A stretch of 64,000 nucleotides of DNA, taken from NCBI GenBank assembly GCA_022779845.1, contig JALEXT010000022.1:3270-67269 (forward strand). The letters run 5' to 3'. The DNA comes from Succinatimonas sp. (GTDB lineage Bacteria > Pseudomonadota > Gammaproteobacteria > Enterobacterales > Succinivibrionaceae). Made by a program: the position numbers and the translations under genes. Under the pieces are notes generated by a model. The model was not told where the DNA came from. It did no database searches and saw nothing but the letters and a program-made list of their open reading frames with translations. Below are positions 22,551 through 32,517 of the stretch, piece by piece; position 1 is the first letter of the stretch, and each line of letters starts with the position of its first letter.

Positions 22551-23290
22551 TGCCTGTAACCTATATTATCTCGGATCTGCATCTGAGTTATTCAAAGCCG
22601 GAGTTAACTTCGGCTTTTGAAAATTTTTCCAATCATCTGCCTTGCGGCTCAAGACTCATCATCGCAGGGGATTTTTTTGATTTTTTTATCGGCATTTGTA
22701 AAAAAGATCCTTTGACCCAAAGGATCAAACTTTGTTTGCACAATCTGCACAAACACAAAGTGGCGGTAGATTTTTTATGCGGTAACCGCGACTTTTTGGT
22801 AAACAAACGCGACGCCGCTTTTTTTGAAATGAAATTGTTGCCAGAATGCTGCGTACTGGAAACTCCGCAGGGAAAGGCCCTGCTCATTCACGGAGATCTG
22901 CTTTGCACCAATGATAAAAGTTTCGTGAAATTCAGGAAAATTGCTCACAATACGCTGGCAAGACTTACCTTCAGAGCTTTACCTTACCGATTAAGGCTGT
23001 ATATCGGACAAAAAATAAGACAAACCAGTTACGAACAGGATGCGTCGCGTACTTTATCTCCTTCGTACTACGGTGCTGTCAGCGAAGAAGCCGCAAGATT
23101 ACTTACTGCCTACGATTGCAAGATACTTATTCACGGACACTTTCATATCTTTGAAAAAAAATATGACGAATATTTCAAAGGCTCTGTACGTTTAGGGCTA
23201 GGAGCCTGGGGTGAAACACTAAGTTTTGTAAAAATAGATGATAAAAATGTATTTCTTTGTGAAAAACCGCTTGTTTCCAAGCGGTCATAA
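22550..23290 (+). CDS. lpxH: UDP-2,3-diacylglucosamine diphosphatase
   Basis: SDLHL, GDFFD, GNRD, HGDLLCTND, HGHFH; ppiB-lpxH synteny. Confidence 0.9.
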   Translation: MPVTYIISDLHLSYSKPELTSAFENFSNHLPCGSRLIIAGDFFDFFIGICKKDPLTQRIKLCLHNLHKHKVAVDFLCGNRDFLVNKRDAAFFEMKLLPECCVLETPQGKALLIHGDLLCTNDKSFVKFRKIAHNTLARLTFRALPYRLRLYIGQKIRQTSYEQDASRTLSPSYYGAVSEEAARLLTAYDCKILIHGHFHIFEKKYDEYFKGSVRLGLGAWGETLSFVKIDDKNVFLCEKPLVSKRS

Positions 23291-23296
23291 AATACC

Positions 23297-26092
23297 TCAG
23301 TGAGCATCTCCCCAGTTTTGGGCGCAGCCAATACCGACTTTCAAAGGTACTTTCAATTTAAATACATTCTCCATCATTTCCTGGATTTTATTTTTCGCTT
23401 CATCCAAAAAATCGTTTTTCACTTCAAATAACAATTCGTCATGTACTTGTACTGTCATGCGTACGGTATTTTCCGGCAAAGAATCTATCCAATTCTGAAT
23501 TCTTATCATTGCCATCTTGATAAGATCTGCCGCGCTTCCCTGCATAGGTGCATTAATAGCAGCTCGTTCTGCTCCTCTTGCCGCCACCTGACTTGTAGAT
23601 CCTATATTTTTTATAACGATTTCCCGACCGGTGATCGTGGTTACATAACCGTGCTTACGCGCAAATTCCTTAGTTTTTTCCATATACTTATGCACGTTGG
23701 GATAGCGTGAAAAATAAAGCTCTATATACTCTTTGGCTTCGGACATACTCATTCCGGTTTGTTTTTTTAAACCGAACGCGCCCATACCGTACATAAGACC
23801 GAAATTTGTTGCCTTAGCCCGGGAACGCTCCTCGGAAGTCACCTCATCAACCTTCTTTCCCAAAACTTCGGCAGCCGTAGCCTTATGAATGTCATATCCT
23901 GCATTAAATGCTTTAATCAGACCTTCATCATTAGCTATATGAGCGATCAGGCGTAATTCAATCTGCGAATAGTCGGCACTGATCAGCGTATACCCGTCAG
24001 GTGCTATAAATGCTTTGCGTATAAGTTTTCCTTCATGAGTACGTGCCGGTATATTTTGCAAATTGGGATCCGAAGATGACAATCTGCCGGTTACGGTTCC
24101 GGCAGGATGGAATGACGTAAAAATGCGACCGCTCTTGGGATCAATGAGAGTTGGTAATTTTTCCGTATAGGTTGAGATGAGTTTTGACAACTCCCGATAA
24201 CGTAATACCAAATTGGCAATATCAAAATCGGCTGCAATACTTTCCAACACGTCCTCAGCCGTAGAATACGACGCTCCTTCTTTTCTTTTTTTAGGATAAG
24301 GAATGCCCAGTTTCTCAAATAGTACGGTACCAAGCTGCTTTGGGGAAGAAATATTGAATTGTTCTCCGGCTGAAGCATATATATCCTGCTGGATCTGCAG
24401 CATTTCTGCATTCAGAACCTTATTTTGTTCAAAAAGTACATGTCTGTCGACTAAAACTCCCTGCAATTCCATTTTAAACAGCACTTTCACAAGCGGCATT
24501 TCTACTTCATCAAAGGCCTTTAAAAGCACCGGTTTTGCTTTCAGCATGGGTAAAAGTCTGTCGTACAGTCTGAACGTTACCTCAGCATCTTCTCCTGCAT
24601 ATTTACATGCCTGCTCCAAAGGAACCTGCGAAAAAACCAGACGTTTCTTCCCTTTTCCGGTAACCTCGTCATAGCTTATATCCTGATAATTAAGATAAAA
24701 AAGCGCCAATTCATCCATTGACACTCCCTGTGACGAGTCCAAAAGATGCGCCATCACCATGGTGTCTGCATATACATTTTCAAGCTTCAGACCGTGACGG
24801 GCCAGCACCAACATATCGTACTTAATGTTATGCCCGACAATCTTTACTTTATTGCCGTTTAATACCGCATCAAGACGCTCTAAAACCTCCTCTCTTGGTA
24901 ATTGATTCGGTACTCCTAAATAATCATGAGACAACGGTATATAACAGGTGTGACCTGCCTTTGAACACAATGAAATTCCGACAAGAGAAGCTTCTTCGGT
25001 TCTAAGTGAAGTGGTTTCCGTATCAAGAGCGACCAAGCCTCTGTTTTTGGCACTCTCAAGTTCTTCATTAAGTGTTTTTATATCAAGAACAAGTCTGCTT
25101 ACTGTTTTCAAACTTTCAAAAGTATCGGGAGCTTCGGAAAGTGCCTTTTGTTCCGTTTTGGACTCAACTTTATTTACATCTGCCCCCAAGATGGAAGAAT
25201 TGAGTGATCTCTGCATGAGTTCATCATGCAACTTGCGAAATTCCAAAGTTTCATACAAAGACAACAAAGCTTGTGTATCTGCTACCGGGGGCTGCACATC
25301 TTCGATGGCCAGAGGCAATTCCACATTTCTTCTTATACGGGCCAATTCATAAGAAAGCCTGATATTATTTATTTCAGCTTCATATTTTTCTTTAAAAGTT
25401 TTGGCTCCGCGAAATGAAAGAGATGAAATCTCCGCACGTCTTGCATAGATCTCCTCAATTCCGCCCAAACCGTTAATAAGCGCGCATGCAGTTTTATCAC
25501 CGCACCCTGCCATCCCCGGGATGTTGTCAGAAGCATCGCCTTTTAACGCCAAAAGATCGATTATATGTTCAGGACCGACACCGTATTTTTCCTTCACTGC
25601 TTCGATGTCATATGATTTGTCATTCATGGTATCGAGCAAAGTTGTTTTGTCGGTAACCAATTGCGCCAAATCTTTATCACCTGTACAGATCACCGTGCGT
25701 AAATTTTTTTCCTCGGCCTTTAAGGCATAAGTTCCCAATACATCATCAGCCTCAACACCGGTAACGCTCACAAAAGGTAGCCCCAATCCCTTAACCAAAG
25801 CCGTAACGTATTCAAGTTGCACTTTAAGCTCATCCGGCATCGGGGGACGATTAGCCTTATATTCTTTGTACAGTTCTGCCCTGAAACTTTTTCCTTTGGC
25901 ATCAAATACTGCGATGATGCGGGCTTTTCCAGCCATAGAAATAATGCGCCGCAGCATATTAGTCATCAGTAACGTTACCCCTGTTGGAATACCGCTTTTA
26001 GTGGTAAAACCGCCTTTGGCCGCGTAATACGCCCTGTACAAAAAAGATGATCCGTCAATCAGGATCAGATCCGCGTCGTCTCTCATTTGCAA
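23297..26092 (-). CDS. polA: DNA polymerase I
   Basis: IDGSSFLYRAYYA, EADDV, DTETT exonuclease motif, GRLSSSDPNLQNIP, DYSQIELR, QVHDEL; start may be ATG at 26086. Confidence 0.98.
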   Translation of the reverse strand: MQMRDDADLILIDGSSFLYRAYYAAKGGFTTKSGIPTGVTLLMTNMLRRIISMAGKARIIAVFDAKGKSFRAELYKEYKANRPPMPDELKVQLEYVTALVKGLGLPFVSVTGVEADDVLGTYALKAEEKNLRTVICTGDKDLAQLVTDKTTLLDTMNDKSYDIEAVKEKYGVGPEHIIDLLALKGDASDNIPGMAGCGDKTACALINGLGGIEEIYARRAEISSLSFRGAKTFKEKYEAEINNIRLSYELARIRRNVELPLAIEDVQPPVADTQALLSLYETLEFRKLHDELMQRSLNSSILGADVNKVESKTEQKALSEAPDTFESLKTVSRLVLDIKTLNEELESAKNRGLVALDTETTSLRTEEASLVGISLCSKAGHTCYIPLSHDYLGVPNQLPREEVLERLDAVLNGNKVKIVGHNIKYDMLVLARHGLKLENVYADTMVMAHLLDSSQGVSMDELALFYLNYQDISYDEVTGKGKKRLVFSQVPLEQACKYAGEDAEVTFRLYDRLLPMLKAKPVLLKAFDEVEMPLVKVLFKMELQGVLVDRHVLFEQNKVLNAEMLQIQQDIYASAGEQFNISSPKQLGTVLFEKLGIPYPKKRKEGASYSTAEDVLESIAADFDIANLVLRYRELSKLISTYTEKLPTLIDPKSGRIFTSFHPAGTVTGRLSSSDPNLQNIPARTHEGKLIRKAFIAPDGYTLISADYSQIELRLIAHIANDEGLIKAFNAGYDIHKATAAEVLGKKVDEVTSEERSRAKATNFGLMYGMGAFGLKKQTGMSMSEAKEYIELYFSRYPNVHKYMEKTKEFARKHGYVTTITGREIVIKNIGSTSQVAARGAERAAINAPMQGSAADLIKMAMIRIQNWIDSLPENTVRMTVQVHDELLFEVKNDFLDEAKNKIQEMMENVFKLKVPLKVGIGCAQNWGDAH

Positions 26093-26190
26093 ACATGCCC
26101 GTTTTAAAAACTTAAACTCAAATACACCAAATTTTAAGCATCTTCACCGATTGTACTTTTACTCATCTGTATTGAAAAGCGTACAATGTG

Positions 26191-26226
26191 CCCTGCCGGC
26201 TTCTTCGCCGGCAGGCTCTTTTTTTT
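26191..26226 (+). terminator. GC hairpin plus T-run directly upstream of yhhQ
   Basis: CCTGCCGGC-TTCTTC-GCCGGCAGG followed by CTCTTTTTTTT; lies between divergent genes. Confidence 0.45.
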
Positions 26227-26253
26227 CAATCTAATTTCACTGAAACGAAAATC

Positions 26254-26895
26254 ATGAACGATATTTCTTTCCCTTTAAAAAAGCTTTGGTTTTTCCACAT
26301 CTTCGTCATAGTACTAAGTAACTATGCCGTGCAGATCCCTTTATCTTTATTCGGGATCAACACTACGGTCGGAACCTTTACCTACCCATTCATTTTTCTG
26401 GCAACAGATCTCACTACAAGGATCTACGGTCAGCACCGTGCCCGCAGGATCGTTCTTTTTGCAATGATCCCGGCTCTTATTTTGTCATACATAGTGGGTA
26501 CCCTGTTTGAACAGGGTCAATGGCAAGGACTCGCTGCACTTGGAAATTTCAGCGTGTTCGTTTTCCGTATTGCCCTTGCATCATTTTCTGCTTACGTATT
26601 AGGACAACTTGCAGATATTCTGGTGTTTCAACGTCTGCGCCGCCTTCCTAAATGGTGGCCTGCACCGACGGCCTCTGGGATCTTCGGGAACCTGCTCGAT
26701 ACTTATGTTTTCTTTGCCGTAGCCTTTATGGCATGTCCAGTTCCCTTCATGGCAGAGCATTGGTTTGAACTTGCAACTTTTGATTACACCGTAAAACTTT
26801 GTGCTAACCTCCTGCTGTTTGTGCCGGCATACGGTGCCGTACTGGCATATTTAAGCAAATGCGTATTCAAACGCCCTTTGACAGCTTTGCCGTAA
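26254..26895 (+). CDS. yhhQ: preQ0/preQ1 (queuosine precursor) transporter, Vut_1/YhhQ family
   Basis: SNYAVQIP, TYPFIFLATDLT.RIYG, RIALASF.AY.LGQ..D..VF.RLR, FGNLLDT..FF.VAF; ATG at 26254. Confidence 0.92.
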   Translation: MNDISFPLKKLWFFHIFVIVLSNYAVQIPLSLFGINTTVGTFTYPFIFLATDLTTRIYGQHRARRIVLFAMIPALILSYIVGTLFEQGQWQGLAALGNFSVFVFRIALASFSAYVLGQLADILVFQRLRRLPKWWPAPTASGIFGNLLDTYVFFAVAFMACPVPFMAEHWFELATFDYTVKLCANLLLFVPAYGAVLAYLSKCVFKRPLTALP

Positions 26896-27067
26896 TTGAC
26901 GAAAAACTCTCTCATCACGGCGTTGATTAACAACGCTGTGATAGTATCGTATCTGAAAAGTCGTGATTCATTCTTCGTCCTTTGACGGTTAAACGATCTT
27001 TTTTTCGTCAGACTGTCACCAATGATGAGATGGATACCGTTAAAAATATTCAATTACGGAGCTTTAA

Positions 27068-27388
27068 ATGAGTAAAGTACTGCATCTTAACGACAGTGAT
27101 TTCGAAAACGAAGTTATAAATTCCGATGTTCCAGTATTGGTGGACTTTTGGGCCACCTGGTGCGGTCCCTGCAAAATGATCGCACCGAGCCTTGACGAAC
27201 TTTCAGAAGAAATGCCTAACGTTAAATTCGTCAAAATTGATATCGATAAAAACTCCGGCTATGCCGGACAGTTGGGGATCATGAGCATCCCCACCTTACT
27301 TATCTACAAAAACGGTGAAGTTGTCGGAAAACAAGTAGGCGCCATGCCCAAGGATTCAATCAAAAACTTTATCGAAAGTTTTATTTAA
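27068..27388 (+). CDS. trxA: thioredoxin
   Basis: VLVDFWATWCGPCKMIAP, IMSIPTL. Confidence 0.96.
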   Translation: MSKVLHLNDSDFENEVINSDVPVLVDFWATWCGPCKMIAPSLDELSEEMPNVKFVKIDIDKNSGYAGQLGIMSIPTLLIYKNGEVVGKQVGAMPKDSIKNFIESFI

Positions 27389-27430
27389 CCCCCCTGCATC
27401 GATGCTACAAAGTTTTTAAACATCACATAT

Positions 27431-27458
27431 AGGCAGACCGGAAAGTCTGCCTTTTTTT
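27431..27458 (+). terminator. intrinsic terminator between convergent trxA and ddl
   Basis: AGGCAGAC/GTCTGCCT stem followed by TTTTTT. Confidence 0.8.
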
Positions 27459-27476
27459 CTGCTCGGCAGGGAAATC

Positions 27477-28478
27477 TCAGCAGTTTTTTTCGGCTACAGC
27501 CTTGGCAATTGCACAGGAGAGGAAATCTTCCATAGTATCGCCATTATGTTCCAACAACTTGGGGAACATTGAGATCGGAGTTTCCCCGGGGAAGGTATTG
27601 ATCTCATTTAAGAGGATGCCGTCTTCTTTGCTTAAAAAGAAATCAATGCGCGAAAGATCGCGAAGTTTCAATCCGACGAAAGCTCGTCTGGCGTAGTCAC
27701 GGATCTCTTCTACAATTTTTTCCTCAAGATTTTGAGGTTCTACAGTGGTCACCGTAGCGCTGTCCTTTGAATATTTTTCTTCGTAAGTATAGAAAACATT
27801 CTCAGGCATGATGATCTCACCAGGAGTTGTTACCTTAAGTTCACCGTTTAGTTCATAAACAGCGACTTCAAGTTCGCGGTGAATGATGTTTTTTTCCAGT
27901 ATCACTTCACTGCTGTAACCGAAAGCTTCGGTGATTTTTTCGTTCAGGCAGGCTTTGTCGGTTACATGATAACAGCCGACTGACGATCCCTGACTGGCAG
28001 CCTTTACATATACATCACCGTTATGTTCGTCAAAAAAAGCTTCGGCTTTGGCGTGATATTCGTCATTATCCGCAGCCAGTATGGTAAAAGGAGTGTTGGG
28101 GATCCCCAGAGCAGTTAAATAAAGCTTTGTAGAAATTTTATTGAAACAATTGCGGGAGGCTTCCGCACCGCACCCGATGAAAGGAATGTTCAGAATATCC
28201 AAAAAAGACTGGATATCCCCTGTTTCTCCCGGGATCCCGTGAATACACGGAACTACACAATCTACTTTGAAAAGTTGCGTTCCGTAGCAAAAATTTCCGT
28301 CAGCATCGAAAGAGCCGAACTGACCGTCAGCCAATACAAAATGGTGATCGTGAATAGTGACGCGTAATACATTAAAGTTGGAGATTTTCTTAAGTTTCCT
28401 CTCTAGAAAATCAGCCGATACCAAAGACACGGAATGCTCGGCACCGTCACCGCCGCATAAAAGCAGAATATTTGTCAT
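27477..28478 (-). CDS. ddl: D-alanine--D-alanine ligase
   Basis: GGDGAEHSVSL, HGIPGETGDIQ, QGSSVG, YEEKY, SRIDFF, NEINTFPG. Confidence 0.94.
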   Translation of the reverse strand: MTNILLLCGGDGAEHSVSLVSADFLERKLKKISNFNVLRVTIHDHHFVLADGQFGSFDADGNFCYGTQLFKVDCVVPCIHGIPGETGDIQSFLDILNIPFIGCGAEASRNCFNKISTKLYLTALGIPNTPFTILAADNDEYHAKAEAFFDEHNGDVYVKAASQGSSVGCYHVTDKACLNEKITEAFGYSSEVILEKNIIHRELEVAVYELNGELKVTTPGEIIMPENVFYTYEEKYSKDSATVTTVEPQNLEEKIVEEIRDYARRAFVGLKLRDLSRIDFFLSKEDGILLNEINTFPGETPISMFPKLLEHNGDTMEDFLSCAIAKAVAEKNC

Positions 28479-28586
28479 GAGATAATCGTCCAGAACAAAA
28501 AAGCGGCTTGCATCAACTCGAGTTCAGTGTGCTATAAAAAACTTACTAAATTCGAGTGCATCAGCAAACCGCCTGAGAAAGAAGGA

Positions 28587-29846
28587 TCAGGCCCTCTTCA
28601 TTGCCTCAAAAAACTCGGCATTGGTCTTGGTTAAAGAAAGCTTATCGATAAGAAATTCCATAGCCTCAATCTCTCCCATAGGATGTAAGAACTTACGCAG
28701 TACCCACATCTTTGAAAGTTCATCAGGAGAGGTAAGCAATTCTTCTCGACGAGTACCGGAGCGGGTGACGTCGATAGCAGGATATACTCGTTTCTCAGCT
28801 ATCTTACGAGAGAGTTGCAATTCCATATTACCGGTACCCTTAAACTCTTCATAGATAACTTCATCCATTTTAGAGCCGGTATCGACCAAAGCCGTGGCAA
28901 TAATCGTAAGCGATCCTCCCTCTTCGACGTTACGTGCAGCACCGAACAAACGCTTGGGGCGTTGCAAAGCATTGGCATCCACACCGCCGGTCAATACTTT
29001 GCCTGACGAAGGGATCACGGTATTATAGGCTCTGGCAAGACGAGTTATGGAATCCATGAGGATCACCACATCGCGCTTGTGCTCAACCAAACGCTTGGCT
29101 TTTTCAATTACCATCTCCGCCACCTGCACATGACGAGTTGCAGGTTCATCGAAGGTCGATGCTACTACTTCACCCTTAACCATACGTTTCATTTCCGTCA
29201 CTTCTTCAGGACGTTCGTCGATGAGCAGAACGATGAGAATGCATTCTGGGTAGTTCACGGCGATGGAATGGGCCACGTTTTGCAACAACATGGTTTTACC
29301 GGCTTTGGGAGGAGCAACTATCAATCCTCGGTTGCCCTTTCCTATGGGAGCAACCAAATCGATAACTCTGGCGGTCAAATCTTCCTTGGAGCCGTTTCCG
29401 AGCTCAAGACGCATTCTTGAGGTGGCAAACAAAGGAGTGAGATTTTCAAAGAGGATCTTATTGCGGGAATTTTCAGGCTTGTCAAAATTGACCGAATCAA
29501 CCTTCAGAAGAGCAAAATAACGTTCGCCGTCTTTCGGAGGTCTTATTTTTCCGGAAATTGAGTCGCCGGTTCTCAGATTGAATCGTCTTACCTGACTTGG
29601 GGAAACGTATATATCGTCAGGACCTGCCAAATAAGAGCTGTCCGCACTTCGCAGGAAACCGAAACCGTCAGGAAGAATTTCGATTACGCCCTCGCCGTAA
29701 ATATCTTCTCCGGCTTTAGCACATGCTTTGAGGATCTGGAAGATGATCTCTTTTCTGCCCAAACGGGCGGTATTCTCGATGCCGTTTTGCTCGCACATCG
29801 CCACCAGTTCGGGAACCGGTGTGGTCTTGAGTTCGTTTAGATTCAT
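28587..29846 (-). CDS. rho: transcription termination factor Rho
   Basis: [43 protein letters not shown]; 419 aa. Confidence 0.99.
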   Translation of the reverse strand: MNLNELKTTPVPELVAMCEQNGIENTARLGRKEIIFQILKACAKAGEDIYGEGVIEILPDGFGFLRSADSSYLAGPDDIYVSPSQVRRFNLRTGDSISGKIRPPKDGERYFALLKVDSVNFDKPENSRNKILFENLTPLFATSRMRLELGNGSKEDLTARVIDLVAPIGKGNRGLIVAPPKAGKTMLLQNVAHSIAVNYPECILIVLLIDERPEEVTEMKRMVKGEVVASTFDEPATRHVQVAEMVIEKAKRLVEHKRDVVILMDSITRLARAYNTVIPSSGKVLTGGVDANALQRPKRLFGAARNVEEGGSLTIIATALVDTGSKMDEVIYEEFKGTGNMELQLSRKIAEKRVYPAIDVTRSGTRREELLTSPDELSKMWVLRKFLHPMGEIEAMEFLIDKLSLTKTNAEFFEAMKRA

Positions 29847-30420
29847 AGATCAGTTAAGGGGTTAACAATTTACAAAGTCGCTTCAGACACCTTAAAAAAG
29901 GCAAACACCGCAGTCATAAAGGAGTGAATTTCGGATAGCAATGGGATCAAAAACGAAAACCTCCCTCATAAGAGGGATCCCTTTACGGCACACCCGTGCC
30001 TCACAAGGTAATTTGTCAAAGGTACGCCGACACCTCGCGCGCACGGATTATTAAATCCGTATTTGCGTTCATTTGTCTATACCTATAACAGCGACGCTGG
30101 GGTTCTTACATCGGATCAATACACAACATAGCTGCCGCATAGTGGCAAAAACCGTATGTGATTTGCAAGCCGGGAAGAGATTTCATCCTAAAGAAAAAAA
30201 TTTCGCAGGATCCCCGCAGATCTGGACGAAAGACAACAGACAGCAACTTGCGTCCATTGCGAGTGCTCACGCTTTACAGCCAAGCAGAACCAGATTCGAG
30301 GTAATTCTAACACAAACTCAGCCTGCGGAAACCGGTTTTTAGGGTTCTGATCTTACGGCAATAATTTTTCAAATCTTTGAAACCGTATTCAAATGGAAAA
30401 TGAAGGTGTCAGCATAGTCT

Positions 30421-32517
30421 TCAAGACCTCATGACTTCAAAAGGCTTACCGGAACTTCCGGCATAATAACTGGCGATCTCCTGCAAAAAAGGACTTGGAC
30501 CGGTGACTTCCATCTTTCCAAAAAATAGACGTTTGTCAGAATAACTCAAGCATAACTGCTCTACTGCACGGGTGATCCCTACGTAGGCGAGCCTTCTTTC
30601 TTCGCTTATATCACCTTTTGATTCTGAAATCGAAGATGGCAAAACACTTTTATCAAATCCGACGATAAATACATATCGGAATTCAAGACCTTTTGAGGAA
30701 TGAATTGTCATTAAATTAACCGTATCAGGTACAGACTCTTGCAATCCGCCTTCTGAAAGTTCAGTGCCGGCTGCCAGACTGACTGACGAGATAAAATTCA
30801 AAAGACTGTCTTTTGATGTATTCGTCTTTGTAACTTTTTCTTCTTGTTCAATGTCATCTTCAATGCCTTGTCCTCCTGCTTCCGCTTCGAACGACACAGC
30901 ATTGCTGACCAATTGTTCAAGATTCAGATGACGTTGATTATCGTATTCGCCTCTTTGCTCTTTTTCGTCTTTCAAACGGTAGTACTCATACAATCCGCTT
31001 TCTTCAATCACTCCCTTTACAAGCTCTGCCAAGGAAGACGAATGTTCTTTCAAAGATTTTAATTTTTGGATCAAATCACCAAAGGCAACAAGTTTTTTGG
31101 CAAGACTTGCTAATTCTTTAGGCGCTCCTTTTTGACTGCCGTACTCGCAAACCAATGCAATTGCCTGCATGGCAGAACATTTTCTGTCTTGTGCGATACG
31201 TCTTAAGTTCTCCACCACCTTGGGACCGAGTTTTCTTGACGGAACATTGATGATCCGCAATAGTGCCGTATCATCAGCATCATTTAATAAAATCCTAAGA
31301 TAAGCCAGCGCATCTTGAATTTCCGCTCTGTCAAAAAACTTAAGTCCGCCGTATACGGCATAAGGTATGCCACGGTTTGACAGTTCGCTTTCTATCGCTG
31401 CAGAAAGCGAGTTATTCCGGTAAAGTACGGCGATATCCCTTGCTCGCACGCCGCGCTTAATCAAGGAGGCAATCATGTTGCCGATATTAACCGATTCAAA
31501 ATATCCGCTGCTGTTATGCAAAAACTCCACCTTGTAACCCTGACCGTGTATACCGTGAAGTTCCTTTTGTATCAGTCTGTTATCATTACTGCTGATCAGT
31601 ACATTAGCTATATCGAGTATGTTTTGGGTTGAACGGTAATTTTTTTGTAATGCAATGGTTTTAACCTGAGAAAATTCCTTGCCAAAACGTTGCATATTAG
31701 CAAAATCGGCTCCTCTCCATCCGTAAATTGATTGATCGTCATCCCCAACTGCCAACACATGAGTTTCTTTGCCGCTTAACAATTTCAAGAGCTCATATTG
31801 CATAACGTTGGTATCCTGAAACTCATCAACCAGGATCTCTTTAAACCTCCTTTGCAGAAGATCTCTTAATTCGTCATGCGCTCTCAACATTTCCAGAGTT
31901 CTTAACAATAACTCTGAAAAATCTACAAGATCCTCTTTTTTGCAACTTTCTTCATAGACCGGATAGACCCGTCCCAAAACATTTTGCAACTCGCTTCTTG
32001 AGTTTCTTTTCCTAAGAAAATCATCAGCTCTAAGTCCTTTTTCCTTAAGCGTACTGATGGCAGAAGCAAGCTGTGCCGGTTTATATTCTTTTATATCAAT
32101 TCCCAAATCCTTCTCTATACGCTTGATGAGAAGTTTTTGTCCCTCAGTATCAAGAATGGAAAAATCAGGGGAAAGATCTGCCCGAGATGAGTATGCACGT
32201 AAAAGGCGCAGACACAGAGAATGAAAAGTACAGGACCACAGAGCATGGAGCACATCCTCACCGACGAGCTCTCCTATGCGTTGACGCATCTCTGCTGCGG
32301 CTTTATTGGTAAAAGTAACCGTTAAAATATTACGAGCAGGAATATTTTCAACTTTAAGAAGCCATGAAACCCTGGATACCAAAACTCTGGTTTTCCCGGT
32401 ACCGGCACCGGCCACGATCAGCATATTTTGCAAAGGAGCGCCGACAGCCTCACTTTGTGCATCGTTTAAACCTTTAAGCAAAAAATCAGAATCTGAAGTG
32501 GCCATAAAATCCATCAC
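30421..32517 (-). CDS. uvrD: DNA helicase II (UvrD family)
   Basis: AGAGTGKT, TFTNKAA, DEFQDTN, VGDDDQSIYGWRGA, NYRST, TIHSSKGLEF, EERRLAYVGITRA; xerC-yigB-uvrD synteny. Confidence 0.93.
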   Translation of the reverse strand: MMDFMATSDSDFLLKGLNDAQSEAVGAPLQNMLIVAGAGTGKTRVLVSRVSWLLKVENIPARNILTVTFTNKAAAEMRQRIGELVGEDVLHALWSCTFHSLCLRLLRAYSSRADLSPDFSILDTEGQKLLIKRIEKDLGIDIKEYKPAQLASAISTLKEKGLRADDFLRKRNSRSELQNVLGRVYPVYEESCKKEDLVDFSELLLRTLEMLRAHDELRDLLQRRFKEILVDEFQDTNVMQYELLKLLSGKETHVLAVGDDDQSIYGWRGADFANMQRFGKEFSQVKTIALQKNYRSTQNILDIANVLISSNDNRLIQKELHGIHGQGYKVEFLHNSSGYFESVNIGNMIASLIKRGVRARDIAVLYRNNSLSAAIESELSNRGIPYAVYGGLKFFDRAEIQDALAYLRILLNDADDTALLRIINVPSRKLGPKVVENLRRIAQDRKCSAMQAIALVCEYGSQKGAPKELASLAKKLVAFGDLIQKLKSLKEHSSSLAELVKGVIEESGLYEYYRLKDEKEQRGEYDNQRHLNLEQLVSNAVSFEAEAGGQGIEDDIEQEEKVTKTNTSKDSLLNFISSVSLAAGTELSEGGLQESVPDTVNLMTIHSSKGLEFRYVFIVGFDKSVLPSSISESKGDISEERRLAYVGITRAVEQLCLSYSDKRLFFGKMEVTGPSPFLQEIASYYAGSSGKPFEVMRS

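Noticed and set aside
30073-30342. 89-aa ORF in the uvrD-rho spacer
   Set aside because: TTG start, no RBS, no motif, and antisense to the probable rho leader.
18477-32517. OLD nuclease plus UvrD as a Gabija-like defence pair
   Set aside because: The genes are 10 kb apart and uvrD is the housekeeping copy in its conserved operon.
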